Both the position numbers and the translations under genes were made by a program. Positions 47,130-57,431 of a DNA stretch of 64,000 nt are shown one piece after another (positions within the stretch are counted from its first letter, which is position 1; every line of letters starts with the position of its first letter). The DNA comes from Candidatus Hydrogenedentota bacterium (GTDB lineage: Bacteria > Hydrogenedentota > Hydrogenedentia > Hydrogenedentales > JAEUWI01), in NCBI GenBank assembly GCA_034669905.1, contig JAXMOL010000017.1, positions 1 to 64,000 of the forward strand, given 5' to 3'. Below the pieces are notes generated by a model. The model ran no database searches, was not told the origin of the DNA, and saw only the letters and a list, made by a program, of their open reading frames with translations.

Positions 47130-48722
47130 GTGAATTTGGCCGACTTAATCGATTTTCTCCGTCAGCAGGGGCGCGCGGTTAAAGAGAATTGGAGTCAACT
47201 CCCCGCAGGCCCCCGGGTCATGATTGTGGGTATTGGCTTGCTCGTCGCGGCGGCCATTGCTGCAGTCAGTATTACAGGGGGCGAAACCCGCTACATCACC
47301 CTCACCGACAACCTCACCGCCGATCAGATCGGGGAGGCTATTGCCCTGTTGGACGCCAAGGGCGTCAAGTATCGGGTCGACGAAAACCGCCGGGCCATCA
47401 CGGTCCTCCCCAAAGACAAGGGCGCCATGCTCCTCGAATTGGAGCGCAACAAACTTCCCGTCGGCCGCAGCACCCCCGCGGGCTATGAAAAACTCTTCGA
47501 CAATCCCGACCTGATGTCCAATCAGTGGCTTAATGATCTTAAGTTCATGCGGGCCATCCAGGGCGAACTCCAGAAACAGCTGGATGATTTCGACTTCGTC
47601 GATTACTCTAATGTGATTATCCGCGAGGCCAAGCAAGAGCTCTTCGTCGATGAGCAGATCCCTTCGGAAGCAGTGGTCAGCCTCTCCGTCAACCGCCCGG
47701 TCACCAAAGAAGAGACCAAGCTCATTGTCAGCATGGTGAGCCACGCCGGTGGCGCCAACCTTCATTCGGGTAATATTGTCGTTTCCACGACCGACGGCAC
47801 CTCGCTCCATCTGCCCGCCGAATCCGAATTTGCCTCGGTCGCCTCTTCCAAACTGGAACTCCAGGACGAAGTGGAACGGCGCATTGAAAACAAGATTAAC
47901 AGCGGTCTGAATCGCATGGGCGTCCACGGCACGGTGATGGTGAGCGCCGACATCAATTTTGATCAGAAAGAAGTGACGGAAGACCTGCTTGGCGAGCCCC
48001 AGCCGGTAAGCGAATGGACGCAGAAACACGAGCTCAACTCTACCGAGCGCCTCCCCGAAGGCGCACCGGGCGCCCTGCAGAATGTGCCTGAAGCGGCTGC
48101 CGGCCCCGGCGGCACCACGACCACCGAAAACACCAACGACGAATTGGTCAATTACGACTTCAGCCGCACCACGACCCGCACCCGAACAGAGCCGGGCGAT
48201 GTGGTAAGATATAAGATAGCGATGGTCGTCCATGGCGACCAAACGGAAGACGTAGAAGGCGAAGATGGCACCCCGCAGAAGGTGTACGCGGGCATTTCTG
48301 ACGATCTGAAAGCCGCCCTTACGGCGCTGGCCCAGAGTGCGGTCAGTATTGAGGGCGTCGAAACGGAAGTAAACATTCTGGACCACGATTACGTCACAGC
48401 CGGGCTCTTGCCGGGCAATGGCGGTCACGATCCCGAGAGTGAAGTCATGGGTGGCCTGTCATTACTGGATAGAATGCCGACACTGGCCATTCAATTTGTG
48501 TTGATATTGATTGGTTTCTTCTTCATCCGATACTTCCTGAAGAATTCCATCATTGTCCCAGGAGACGAGCACGTAGAAGAAGAAGTCAAGGAAATTCCGG
48601 CCGCAACGCTCGAAGACATGCGTCGCCAGGAGGTGTCCGCAGAAATCTCTCAACTTTCCATGGACGATCCCGAAGCGGTGGCCGCCCTGTTGCGCAGCTG
48701 GATGATGACCGACGAGGATTAG
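47130..48722 (+). CDS. fliF: flagellar M-ring protein FliF
   Basis: TM1, GYEKLFD, RAIQGEL, VSADINFD, PGALQN, VNYDFSRT, TM2, DPEAVAALLRSWM. Confidence 0.93.
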   Translation: MNLADLIDFLRQQGRAVKENWSQLPAGPRVMIVGIGLLVAAAIAAVSITGGETRYITLTDNLTADQIGEAIALLDAKGVKYRVDENRRAITVLPKDKGAMLLELERNKLPVGRSTPAGYEKLFDNPDLMSNQWLNDLKFMRAIQGELQKQLDDFDFVDYSNVIIREAKQELFVDEQIPSEAVVSLSVNRPVTKEETKLIVSMVSHAGGANLHSGNIVVSTTDGTSLHLPAESEFASVASSKLELQDEVERRIENKINSGLNRMGVHGTVMVSADINFDQKEVTEDLLGEPQPVSEWTQKHELNSTERLPEGAPGALQNVPEAAAGPGGTTTTENTNDELVNYDFSRTTTRTRTEPGDVVRYKIAMVVHGDQTEDVEGEDGTPQKVYAGISDDLKAALTALAQSAVSIEGVETEVNILDHDYVTAGLLPGNGGHDPESEVMGGLSLLDRMPTLAIQFVLILIGFFFIRYFLKNSIIVPGDEHVEEEVKEIPAATLEDMRRQEVSAEISQLSMDDPEAVAALLRSWMMTDED

Positions 48723-48762
48723 TACGACGACTCCGCAAGATAAAACAGCCCTTATCGAAGAC

Positions 48763-49764
48763 ATGGATGGCCGCCGCAAGGCAGCCATTCTGCTTGCGTG
48801 CCTGGGACCTGAAAATGCCAGTCGCGTGATGGGCAGCTTTTCCGACGACGAAATTGACCAGATGACCCTGGACCTCTCTGGGTTGGGGACCGTGGATGCC
48901 AACATAAAATCTGCGGTACTGGACGAGTTTTATGAAATGGCGGTGGCGAAGCGCTTCGTGGCGCAAGGGGGCATCGACTTTGCCAAGGACCTGCTGGAGA
49001 AATCCTTCGGCAGCGAGCGGGCCTTTGAAATCCTGAACCGTCTCCAGAGCAGTCTGCAGGAAGTGCCCTTTCAGTTTCTGAAGAAGGCCGATCCCTCGCA
49101 GATTTCCAGCTTTATCCAGGACGAACACCCTCAGACGATTTCCCTGATTCTGGCCCATATGAACCCGGCCACTTCGTCGATTATCCTCTCCTCCCTCCCC
49201 CAGGATGTGCAATCCGACGTGGTGATTCGAATCGCCACCATGGACCGCACGGCCCCGGAAATTGTGCGTGAGGTGGAGCGGGTACTTGAGCGAAAAATGG
49301 CGGCGGTCTTCAGTCAGGGCTTTACCTTCGCCGGTGGTGTGAAGGACGTGGCCGAAATTCTCAATATGATCGAACGCGCCACGGAAAAAACCATCATGGC
49401 CGACCTCGAAGAGCGGGACCCCGAACTGGCCGACGAGATATCCCGTCTCATGTTTACCTTCGACGACATTATCTTCGTCGACGACGCGGGCATACAGAAG
49501 ACCCTCCGCGAGGTCGAGAGCAAGGATCTCGCCCTGGCCCTCAAGGCATCCAACGAGGAAGTCAAAGACAAAGTGCTCCGCAACATGTCCGAGCGGGCCC
49601 GCGAAATGATCCAGGAAGAAATCGATTTCATGGGGCCAACCCGCATGAAAAACGTGGAAGAAGCCCAACAGAAAATCGTGGCCATTGTCCGCCGTCTGGA
49701 AGAGTCGGGCGACGTGGTCATCTCTGGACGGGGTGGCGGAGATGCGGATGAAATTCTCGTATAG
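48763..49764 (+). CDS. fliG: flagellar motor switch protein FliG
   Basis: KAAILL, GGIDFAK, EHPQTI, MFTFDD, LALALK, NMSERA, MGP; true start may be slightly upstream. Confidence 0.97.
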   Translation: MDGRRKAAILLACLGPENASRVMGSFSDDEIDQMTLDLSGLGTVDANIKSAVLDEFYEMAVAKRFVAQGGIDFAKDLLEKSFGSERAFEILNRLQSSLQEVPFQFLKKADPSQISSFIQDEHPQTISLILAHMNPATSSIILSSLPQDVQSDVVIRIATMDRTAPEIVREVERVLERKMAAVFSQGFTFAGGVKDVAEILNMIERATEKTIMADLEERDPELADEISRLMFTFDDIIFVDDAGIQKTLREVESKDLALALKASNEEVKDKVLRNMSERAREMIQEEIDFMGPTRMKNVEEAQQKIVAIVRRLEESGDVVISGRGGGDADEILV

Positions 49765-49802
49765 CAAGGTCCGCCACGACAGGCAGGGGAGTACTCCGGC
49801 TT

Positions 49803-50501
49803 ATGTCTAGGGTGCTCAAATTTATCCATGCCGAAACCGAAGGGGCCTCCCTCTTCGGCCGCGACCTGCTGGAAGCCTTTCCCGACAAAGAGGAGATGGT
49901 CCCTGCGCTGGAAGCTACGCCGGAAGAGGACCGCGACGGGGAGGCGGCTCCGGTAGATACGGAGCAGTTGCGCCAGGAAGTCCTGGCCGCCGCACGGGAT
50001 GAGGCCGCGCAAAAGGTGCAGGAGGCCTATCAAGAGGGATTGGCCCGCGGCACGGAAGCGGGGAAAGAGGCCTTTGAAGCCACCTTAGCGGAATGTGCCA
50101 GCGCACTCACGGCCGCCGGGGAGCAGATCGAGGCGACGCATCGGGCCTTCCTGGAGAGCCTGGAACCCCAGGTGATCGCGTTGGTCAAAGACATCGCCTC
50201 GAAGGTCATCGCGGTAGAACTGCAGACGAACGATGCCATTTTGCAGCGCACGGTGGAGCGAACGCTCTCAGAGCTGGTCGGTGAACACGCCGTAACGCTG
50301 TTGCTCAACCCCCAGGATCTGGAAGCCATTCGACACCACGAAGTACAGCTTCTGGAGTCCTTCCCCCGTATCAGCACCTTTTCCCTGGAAGCCGATGAGA
50401 GCATCCCCCCCGGAGGCTGCATTGCCCGCACGGATACGATGGATGTGGATGGGCGATTGGATACCTTGCTATCCCACGTACTCGACAGCCTCACGGAGTA
50501 A
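49803..50501 (+). CDS. fliH: flagellar assembly protein FliH
   Basis: AYQEGLARG repeats, LNPQDL, IPPGGCI, DGRLDT. Confidence 0.92.
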   Translation: MSRVLKFIHAETEGASLFGRDLLEAFPDKEEMVPALEATPEEDRDGEAAPVDTEQLRQEVLAAARDEAAQKVQEAYQEGLARGTEAGKEAFEATLAECASALTAAGEQIEATHRAFLESLEPQVIALVKDIASKVIAVELQTNDAILQRTVERTLSELVGEHAVTLLLNPQDLEAIRHHEVQLLESFPRISTFSLEADESIPPGGCIARTDTMDVDGRLDTLLSHVLDSLTE

Positions 50502-50509
50502 CGGCGCTC

Positions 50510-51823
50510 ATGATGGATCTATCCGGCTATGCGCAACGTTTGCAGACCGCACGGCCGCTGGTTGCCTCCGGCAAGATTACCGATGTCGTCGGGCTAACCA
50601 TTGAGGCGAGCGGCCCCCCCATGCAAGTGGGTGACCTTTGCCTGGTGGAGTCCACCCGCGCGGACCAGCCCATCTCTGTAGAAGTCGTCGGATTTCGTAA
50701 AGAGAAGATATTGCTCATGCCCCTGGGCGACATGAAAGGCATTGGGCCCGGGTGTCGTGTACGACCAACGCACCGCCCTCCCCGGGTTGCGGTAGGCCCC
50801 GGATTGGTCGGACGGGTCATCGGGAGCAATGGCACCCCCATTGATTCAGGCACTCCGCTTCCCTTTGTAGAGAAAGTCCCCCTTCATGCGGCCCCTCCCC
50901 CACCGTTGACGCGGGCACGAATTCAACGCCCCCTCAGCACGGGAATCCGGGCTATTGACGCCTGCCTCACCTGTGGGCGGGGTCAGCGTATGGGCATTAT
51001 GTCCGGCAGTGGCGTTGGCAAGAGCAAGCTCATTGGCATGGTGGCCCGCAACACCGACGCCGATCTGAATGTCATCGCCCTTATCGGGGAACGGGGCCGT
51101 GAGGTCCGGGAATTTATTGAGAGCGACCTGGGCGAAGAAGGCCTTGCCCGGTCCATCGTAGTGGTGGCCACTTCCGATGAGCCCGCCCTGTTGCGCCTTA
51201 ATGGTGCCTTCATCGCCACGGCGATTGCCGAATGGTTTCGGGCGCAGGGACTGGACGTCATGCTCATAATGGATTCCGTAACACGGGTCGCCATGGCACA
51301 GCGGGAAGTCGGTCTGGCCATCGGGGAACCCCCCACGACCCGGGGCTATCCCCCTTCGGTCTATGCCATGCTTCCCCGCCTGCTGGAACGGGCCGGCACT
51401 TCGGACAAAGGCAGTATTACCGGGTTCTATGCCGTTCTGGTGGAAGCCGATGACATGAACGACCCGGTTGGTGATACGGTGCGCAGTATCCTGGATGGGC
51501 ACATCGCCCTCTCCCGCGATTTGGCGGGGAAGGGCCACTACCCGCCTATCGATCTGCTCGGCAGCGTGAGTCGTGTGATGAATGAAGTGACCGATGAAAA
51601 CCACCGCACCTGGGCCTATCGTTTCCGAGAACTGCTGGCGGCCTACCGCGACGCGGAAGACCTCATCAATATTGGGGCCTACGTCCCGGGGAGTAACCCG
51701 GAAGTCGATCTGGCGGTCCAGCTTATGCCCGATATCAACCGTTTCCTCAAACAAGGACTGGGGGAAGACGCTCCCTTCGCGGAGACGGTCCACCGTCTGG
51801 GCCAACTGACGGGAGGCCGGTAA
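50510..51823 (+). CDS. fliI: flagellar export ATPase FliI
   Basis: GSGVGKS, LIGERGREV, MDSVTR, GEPPTTRGYPPSV, ILDGHI. Confidence 0.97.
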   Translation: MMDLSGYAQRLQTARPLVASGKITDVVGLTIEASGPPMQVGDLCLVESTRADQPISVEVVGFRKEKILLMPLGDMKGIGPGCRVRPTHRPPRVAVGPGLVGRVIGSNGTPIDSGTPLPFVEKVPLHAAPPPPLTRARIQRPLSTGIRAIDACLTCGRGQRMGIMSGSGVGKSKLIGMVARNTDADLNVIALIGERGREVREFIESDLGEEGLARSIVVVATSDEPALLRLNGAFIATAIAEWFRAQGLDVMLIMDSVTRVAMAQREVGLAIGEPPTTRGYPPSVYAMLPRLLERAGTSDKGSITGFYAVLVEADDMNDPVGDTVRSILDGHIALSRDLAGKGHYPPIDLLGSVSRVMNEVTDENHRTWAYRFRELLAAYRDAEDLINIGAYVPGSNPEVDLAVQLMPDINRFLKQGLGEDAPFAETVHRLGQLTGGR

Positions 51824-51826
51824 GTC

Positions 51827-52294
51827 ATGCGCCACCCCGATCGCTACCGCGTGCTGCTGCGGGTTCGCAAGCAGGAAGAAGACATCAAGGCCCAGGCCCT
51901 GGCCCGGAGTCGTCAGGCGGTCCAACAATCGGAACGGGAGCGCACTTCGCTGGAGTTAACCCGCCAGGCCGCCCTGGAGCACGCCGGTCAGAGTCTCCTG
52001 ACGGAATTTGACGCTGCGGAGGTGCGGAGCTACTATCAGTATGAGCGCCATCTGGCCGCCCTTCGCGATCAGAAAGATGCGGAAATCCGGTCCCTACAGG
52101 CCGACGAAGCGGAAAAGCGCTCCATCCTCGAAGCGTCTACGAAAGCACGACAAATCGCAGAAAAACTACACCACCGTCGGCGGGATGCCTACCAGCAGTA
52201 TCTCCATCGCGAAGCGCAGAAACAGCTCGACGAAACGGCGACCCTGTATGCCGCCCGAGACATACACGGTGCTTCGACGAACGACGAGCCATAA
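51827..52294 (+). CDS. fliJ: flagellar export protein FliJ
   Basis: Coiled-coil protein after fliI; VLLRVRK, EKL, EAQKQLDE. Confidence 0.85.
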   Translation: MRHPDRYRVLLRVRKQEEDIKAQALARSRQAVQQSERERTSLELTRQAALEHAGQSLLTEFDAAEVRSYYQYERHLAALRDQKDAEIRSLQADEAEKRSILEASTKARQIAEKLHHRRRDAYQQYLHREAQKQLDETATLYAARDIHGASTNDEP

Positions 52295-52312
52295 TCGCAG
52301 GGGAATATTGAT

Positions 52313-52879
52313 ATGGGAAAACTAATTCTAATGGGTGGCGGATTCGTCCTCGTGCTCATCGGTGCCTTGGCGGGATTGCTCGCCATGGACGGCAAGCTCA
52401 ACGCCGAAACCCTACAGCGCTTTACCGACCCGGAGTCCTACGCCGAAGCCCAGAAAATGCATATGGAAGAATCCAAGGCGAAGGAACCCGCCCTGGGAAC
52501 CCTGGCCAATCAGCTGAACGAGCGGGCGAAGGCGCTGGAAGAACGAAGAATCGCGTTGGACGAACGGGAAAAGCAGCTACAGCAACGGGAAGATGACCTG
52601 GCGAAAGCCCGGGAGGATCTCGAAATGCTGCAAAAGACCATCAATGAGTCCTTCGATGTGGCGGCTGAAAGCCGAAAGACCCAGCTCAAGACCATCGCGA
52701 TTACCCTCGAAAGCATGGAAGCCCAGAGCGCGGCCCAGCGGCTGGAAGCCATGCCCACCGACGAGGTCGCTGAAATACTCTTGAGTGTGAAGGATAAGAA
52801 GCGGGGCGAAATCCTGGAAGCCATGGATACGGAAACTGCCCGTCGGGTTATCAAGGCTATCCTCGAGAGCGGAACCTGA
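52313..52879 (+). CDS. YlxF/MotE/FlbB-like flagellar protein (TM, coiled coil, MgtE-N-like domain)
   Basis: MEAQSAAQRLEAM...EILEAMDTETA; conserved position after fliJ. Confidence 0.8.
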   Translation: MGKLILMGGGFVLVLIGALAGLLAMDGKLNAETLQRFTDPESYAEAQKMHMEESKAKEPALGTLANQLNERAKALEERRIALDEREKQLQQREDDLAKAREDLEMLQKTINESFDVAAESRKTQLKTIAITLESMEAQSAAQRLEAMPTDEVAEILLSVKDKKRGEILEAMDTETARRVIKAILESGT

Positions 52880-53036
52880 ACTTCACTTCCGGTTTGAATG
52901 CCCCGCAGTCCAGCCGTTTCGGGACCTGAAACAAGTCCCCCCGTGCCCCGTTCCGCACCTGAGACACCTGCTCCCCGGAGACGGTGACTCTCGTCGGAAC
53001 GATCCCCCCAATTTAATCGACAGGAGACGTGTACCT

Positions 53037-54440
53037 ATGATGATCAATCCCAGCCATGCCGTGCACGATCCGAGTCGAGCACGGTCAGAAGGGGCCACCC
53101 CATACGTCCGGTCAGCGCCCCCCACCAATCGGTTTACCGACCACTTCAACGACATCCACCGTGATGATGAAGTCCGCCTTCCGGACCGCACGCCCGCAGC
53201 CCGGGAAACCGATACCAGGGATCTGGAAGAAACGGAAGCCACCGAGGAGTCGCGTGCCTCCGAAGCGCTAGAGACGACAGATGAAGCTTCCGAAGCGGAG
53301 GACGATGTGGCCGTAGCCGTGGCACCGGCCCCCATCCCCGATGTGCCGGAGAAGCCCCAGGAGGCGACGCCAGCGATGTTGGCCTCTCACCGACATAACC
53401 CCCACGCTCGGGGCATCATGGGCTCGGTGACTATAACTACCGACACGCCGACACCCGAAGACCCCGGCCTGGCGGCAAACCTGCCCCAGATGGACACGTT
53501 GGAATCTCCCCTGGCCGAAGGCAACGGAGAAGACACCGTGGGTGAATCGGCGTCTGATATCGCTTTTTTGAACCCTGGTGCTGAATCAAACTCCCCGGTT
53601 TCAGAAGACACCGCGACCCCGGACCTGTTGACCGAGTCCGTGGACGGTTCGGAAGAAGTCGCTGCGGCGTTCGTTCCGCCAACAAGCACGACGGACGGAA
53701 ACCCGGTGGACTCGGGTTTGACCACGACCGAGGAAAGCGAACACGAGCCACGTCCGCCGCAGCCCCTTATACGTCAGTTTCCGCGGACACTGAACGCTCT
53801 TTTCGCCGAACAGGCGGTGCGGGCGCGTCAGAGCACTGCGACCTCGGTGCAGCAATTGGTCAATGAACTGGCCGAAGTATCCGAACCTGTGCCCACGCAG
53901 GGCACGGGGGACGAGCCACCGCCACCCAGTACGGCACCCACCAGCCCGACAGCCGCCCTCGAAGGAGGGGGCGTGCGGGTTGCATCCACTCAGGCCGGCC
54001 CTCGCATTCCCCTTTCGAACTTGCCGGGTGAAATGGCACAGCAAATCCACCGCATTCAGCAGGAAGGCGCCACGACCCTCCACCTCCGCATTTCGCCCGA
54101 GAGTCTGGGCGACTTACGACTGGAAGTACACCGGGAAGGCGATGCCATCCGGGTGGCCATGGTGTCCAACAATCCCCAGGTACGGGAAGCACTGGAAGGC
54201 CAGCTGTCCGACCTTCGCCGGGCGCTGAGCCAACAGGGCTTCGATCTGTTGGAAGCTTCGGTGGAAGACGGGAACGCGCGGCGCAACGAAAGCGATAGTG
54301 CTTCGCGGCAAACCACAAGAAACGACAGGCAAGATGGCAGCCTCCCTCCTCCCTCCCACGGGGAGCCGCTGGAGACGCTGCAAACCGCCGTACGGGAATC
54401 CGCCCGGATTACGTCGGATAGCATCAATGTGCTGGCATAG
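53037..54440 (+). CDS. fliK: flagellar hook-length control protein FliK
   Basis: Long disordered N-terminus; LRISPESLGDLRLEV...VREALE..L.DLR..LSQQG; ends INVLA; precedes flgD. Confidence 0.9.
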   Translation: MMINPSHAVHDPSRARSEGATPYVRSAPPTNRFTDHFNDIHRDDEVRLPDRTPAARETDTRDLEETEATEESRASEALETTDEASEAEDDVAVAVAPAPIPDVPEKPQEATPAMLASHRHNPHARGIMGSVTITTDTPTPEDPGLAANLPQMDTLESPLAEGNGEDTVGESASDIAFLNPGAESNSPVSEDTATPDLLTESVDGSEEVAAAFVPPTSTTDGNPVDSGLTTTEESEHEPRPPQPLIRQFPRTLNALFAEQAVRARQSTATSVQQLVNELAEVSEPVPTQGTGDEPPPPSTAPTSPTAALEGGGVRVASTQAGPRIPLSNLPGEMAQQIHRIQQEGATTLHLRISPESLGDLRLEVHREGDAIRVAMVSNNPQVREALEGQLSDLRRALSQQGFDLLEASVEDGNARRNESDSASRQTTRNDRQDGSLPPPSHGEPLETLQTAVRESARITSDSINVLA

Positions 54441-54458
54441 CACGACAAGGAGCACCCC

Positions 54459-55115
54459 ATGAACGCACTCGTAGGCTATCGCGGCAACAGTCTCGGCAAC
54501 CTGTCGATCACCCGCGAACAACAGCTCGATGCGAACCGCGAGATCACATCGGGGATACGCGCCAAGTATGCGGCGGCGGTCCAGAAATCCGACACGACAA
54601 AACAAACGTCGGAGACTACCGAGGTCAGCACCGCCATCGCGGATAACAACGCGCTGGGACGGGATGCCTTTCTTCAACTCCTGGTACTCGAATTGCAGAA
54701 CCAGGATCCGCTGGAGCCGGTAGATAATTCTCAGATGATTGCCCAGTTGGCTCAGTTTTCGTCACTGGAAGGAATGGAGAAGTTAAACAGTAACTTTGAG
54801 TTGCTGACAGGCAATGTGGACCAGTTGAATTTTATTTCAGCACAGGGTCTCATCGGAAAGTATGTCGAGGGCGTAAATGATGCGGGCGAAGTGGCCATTG
54901 GCCGGGTGGATTCCGTCTATCTGGACGGCAGCATCGTGGTGTTGAATGTGGAAGGGGAAATCGTTCCCATGAGCAATGTGCTCTCCATCAGCGATACTGC
55001 ATCGGAGGACACCACGGAAGACCCCGAAGAGAACAACGAAGGTACGGACGGTGAGAAGCGTGGCGTGGTTCAAAAACTCGGCGCCTCCATCACCAATTTC
55101 TTAGATAGATTTTAA
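54459..55115 (+). CDS. flgD: flagellar hook capping protein FlgD
   Basis: LGRDAFLQLLVLELQNQDPLEP, AQLAQFSSLE, LIGKYV. Confidence 0.95.
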   Translation: MNALVGYRGNSLGNLSITREQQLDANREITSGIRAKYAAAVQKSDTTKQTSETTEVSTAIADNNALGRDAFLQLLVLELQNQDPLEPVDNSQMIAQLAQFSSLEGMEKLNSNFELLTGNVDQLNFISAQGLIGKYVEGVNDAGEVAIGRVDSVYLDGSIVVLNVEGEIVPMSNVLSISDTASEDTTEDPEENNEGTDGEKRGVVQKLGASITNFLDRF

Positions 55116-55158
55116 TCCAAAACGGGACGGAATTGACCGTCCTACAAGGAGCAAACCC

Positions 55159-56448
55159 ATGGGTAGAGCACTCTTCACCGCCGTCACCGGGCTGAAAGCC
55201 CAGCAGAACAAGCTGGATGTGGTGGCCAACAACATCGCCAACGTGAGCACAACGGGGTACCGGAGTTCCCGTATCTTGTTCCAGGATCTCTTCAGCCAGA
55301 CCCTGGTCAGCGGGTCTGCCCCGACGGCCACCAATGGCGGCACCAACCCCGAGCAAATTGGTCTCGGCGTACAAACAGCGAGTATCGACGTAAACCACGA
55401 GCAGGGTTCCCTCGTCACCACGGGGATAAACTCCGACCTGGCGATCCAGGGCAATGGCTTCTTCGTGCTCAGCGATGGGGTCACCAATGTCTACACCCGA
55501 GATGGATCTTTTACGGTCAATTCGGTCGGCGTGCTGATCGATCCCGCCACGGGCCTCCGTGTCCAGGGCTATACGGCCGACGCCAATGGGGTCATCGATC
55601 CTGCCAATACGGTGCTTGGGGACATCAACATCCCGCTGGGTGCCTCGGGCATCGCCCAGGCGACTACGGAAGCCGAGATCGTCGGGAATCTGAATTCGGG
55701 TACCGCAGCGGGTCAGACAGTGGTCCGTAATGTGGAAATTTTTGACTCGCTGGGCATCGCGCGCAATATTGAGTTCACCTTCACCAAGTCCGCAACCGGG
55801 AATGAATGGGACTGGGACGCGAGTTACGATGACAATGGCCCCGTGGTTTCTGCGGGCTCGGGCACCCTGGATTTTGACGTCAATGGCGTGCCCACCACAG
55901 CGAGTGCTACGGGGGCCCTTACGCTCACGGCGGCCCAGCTGCAGACCGAGCCCCCCCTCCCCGATGCCCTTTCCGTCGCGCTGGATTTCTCTGACATGAC
56001 CCAGTTGTCGCCGCCGGTTGATCCCGCGGCCGATCCGGCTGCCCAGCCACCGAGCGATATCACGTTGCGCAGCCAGAATGGCTATGCCTTCGGCACCTTG
56101 GATAGCTTTGGGATCGGGGACAATGGCCAGGTTATCGGCGTGTACTCCAACGATCTGACGCAGGTCATCGCCCAGGTATCGCTGGCGACCTTCGCCAATG
56201 TGGGCGGACTAGATCGGGATGGCAACACGGCGTTCCGCCAGTCTCCTGCTTCGGGCGTGGCGAATATTGGCACACCGGGATCGGGTGGACGTGGTACCGT
56301 GAGCGGTGGGGTCCTGGAGAGCTCCAATGCCGATTTGGGCACGGAGTTCAGCGAGCTCATTATCGCCCAGCGCGCCTTCCAGGCCAACTCGCGGACCATA
56401 ACGGCGGCCGATACCCTGTTACAGGAAGCCGTGAATCTGGTCCGATAG
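55159..56448 (+). CDS. flgE: flagellar hook protein FlgE
   Basis: ANNIANVSTTGYR, FQDLFSQT, DLAIQGNGFF, YTRDGSF, LESSNADL, AQRAFQANSRTI. Confidence 0.96.
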   Translation: MGRALFTAVTGLKAQQNKLDVVANNIANVSTTGYRSSRILFQDLFSQTLVSGSAPTATNGGTNPEQIGLGVQTASIDVNHEQGSLVTTGINSDLAIQGNGFFVLSDGVTNVYTRDGSFTVNSVGVLIDPATGLRVQGYTADANGVIDPANTVLGDINIPLGASGIAQATTEAEIVGNLNSGTAAGQTVVRNVEIFDSLGIARNIEFTFTKSATGNEWDWDASYDDNGPVVSAGSGTLDFDVNGVPTTASATGALTLTAAQLQTEPPLPDALSVALDFSDMTQLSPPVDPAADPAAQPPSDITLRSQNGYAFGTLDSFGIGDNGQVIGVYSNDLTQVIAQVSLATFANVGGLDRDGNTAFRQSPASGVANIGTPGSGGRGTVSGGVLESSNADLGTEFSELIIAQRAFQANSRTITAADTLLQEAVNLVR

Positions 56449-56463
56449 GTTTTAGCATTCGGT

Positions 56464-56499
56464 GGGTCCGGGGTCTTCGTTCGCGAGAACCCCGGGCCC
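56464..56499 (+). terminator. strong hairpin after flgE (terminator or mRNA-stabilising stem)
   Basis: GGGTCCGGGGT..TCG-TTCG-CGA..ACCCCGGGCCC followed by a second hairpin containing CTTTTCTT. Confidence 0.6.
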
Positions 56500-56650
56500 C
56501 GAATCTGCTTTTCTTGCGGATTCGCAGAAAAGGCATGATTTCCCTGTCTGACCGGTAGACGGGTTCTGGTAGAGAGTGCTAGAATAGAATCCGGAACGGG
56601 AACCCCCAACATCGGTGCATGGCCGCCGTGATGAATACAAGGTATGGTGT

Positions 56651-57430
56651 ATGGACATCGCGACAATCATCGGATTGGTAGCAGGCTTTCTTCTGATCAT
56701 AATTACCATCGTACTCGGTGGCCCCCTCGGGATCTTTATCAATATCCCGTCATTGATTGTCGTTATCGGTGGCACCCTCGCCGCCATCCTGGTGAACTTT
56801 CCCCTCTCCCACGTGATCAGCGTGGTGGGCGTACTGAAGAATGCCTTCATCCACAAAGAAGTCCTGACGGAAGACCTGATCACGAAAATGATTGAGTTCG
56901 CAACCGTCGCCCGTCGCGAGGGCATCCTGGCCCTCGAAAGCCACGTGGCCAGCGCCGGCGATGAGTTCCTGGGCAAGAGCGTTCAGCTGGCAATCGACGG
57001 CACCGCCCCGGAATTGATCAAGGACATCCTGACCACGGAAATTGCCTTCATGGAAGATCGGCACAACATGGGCGCGTCCATCATCGACGCGGGCGGCACC
57101 TTTGCACCGGCCTTCGGCATGATCGGGACGCTTATCGGACTGGTGCAGATGTTGGCCAACATGGATGACCCATCTCAAATTGGTCCCGCCATGGCCGTGG
57201 CACTGCTCACCACGCTCTATGGTGCCGTACTCGCCAACCTGGTCTGTCTCCCCTGTGTCGGCAAGCTCAAAGCCCGTACTGCCACGGAGTTACTCCAGAA
57301 AGAAGTCGTCATTGAGGGCATTCTGAGCATCCAGTCGGGCGACAACCCCCGGGTGGTCGAACAGAAACTGAAGGCCTTTGTGTCCCCCGCAGTCCGCGAA
57401 CGCATCGTGGTCGGCGGAGCCGGCGGCTGA
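56651..57430 (+). CDS. motA: flagellar stator subunit A (PomA/MotP-type)
   Basis: MDIATIIG, ARREGILALE, APAFGMIGTLIGLV, ALLTTLYG, IQSGDNPR. Confidence 0.95.
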   Translation: MDIATIIGLVAGFLLIIITIVLGGPLGIFINIPSLIVVIGGTLAAILVNFPLSHVISVVGVLKNAFIHKEVLTEDLITKMIEFATVARREGILALESHVASAGDEFLGKSVQLAIDGTAPELIKDILTTEIAFMEDRHNMGASIIDAGGTFAPAFGMIGTLIGLVQMLANMDDPSQIGPAMAVALLTTLYGAVLANLVCLPCVGKLKARTATELLQKEVVIEGILSIQSGDNPRVVEQKLKAFVSPAVRERIVVGGAGG

Positions 57431-57431
57431 T

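Noticed and set aside
52880..53036. Sigma28 promoter before fliK
   Set aside because: No TAAA-N15-GCCGATAA-like match seen here or elsewhere by eye.
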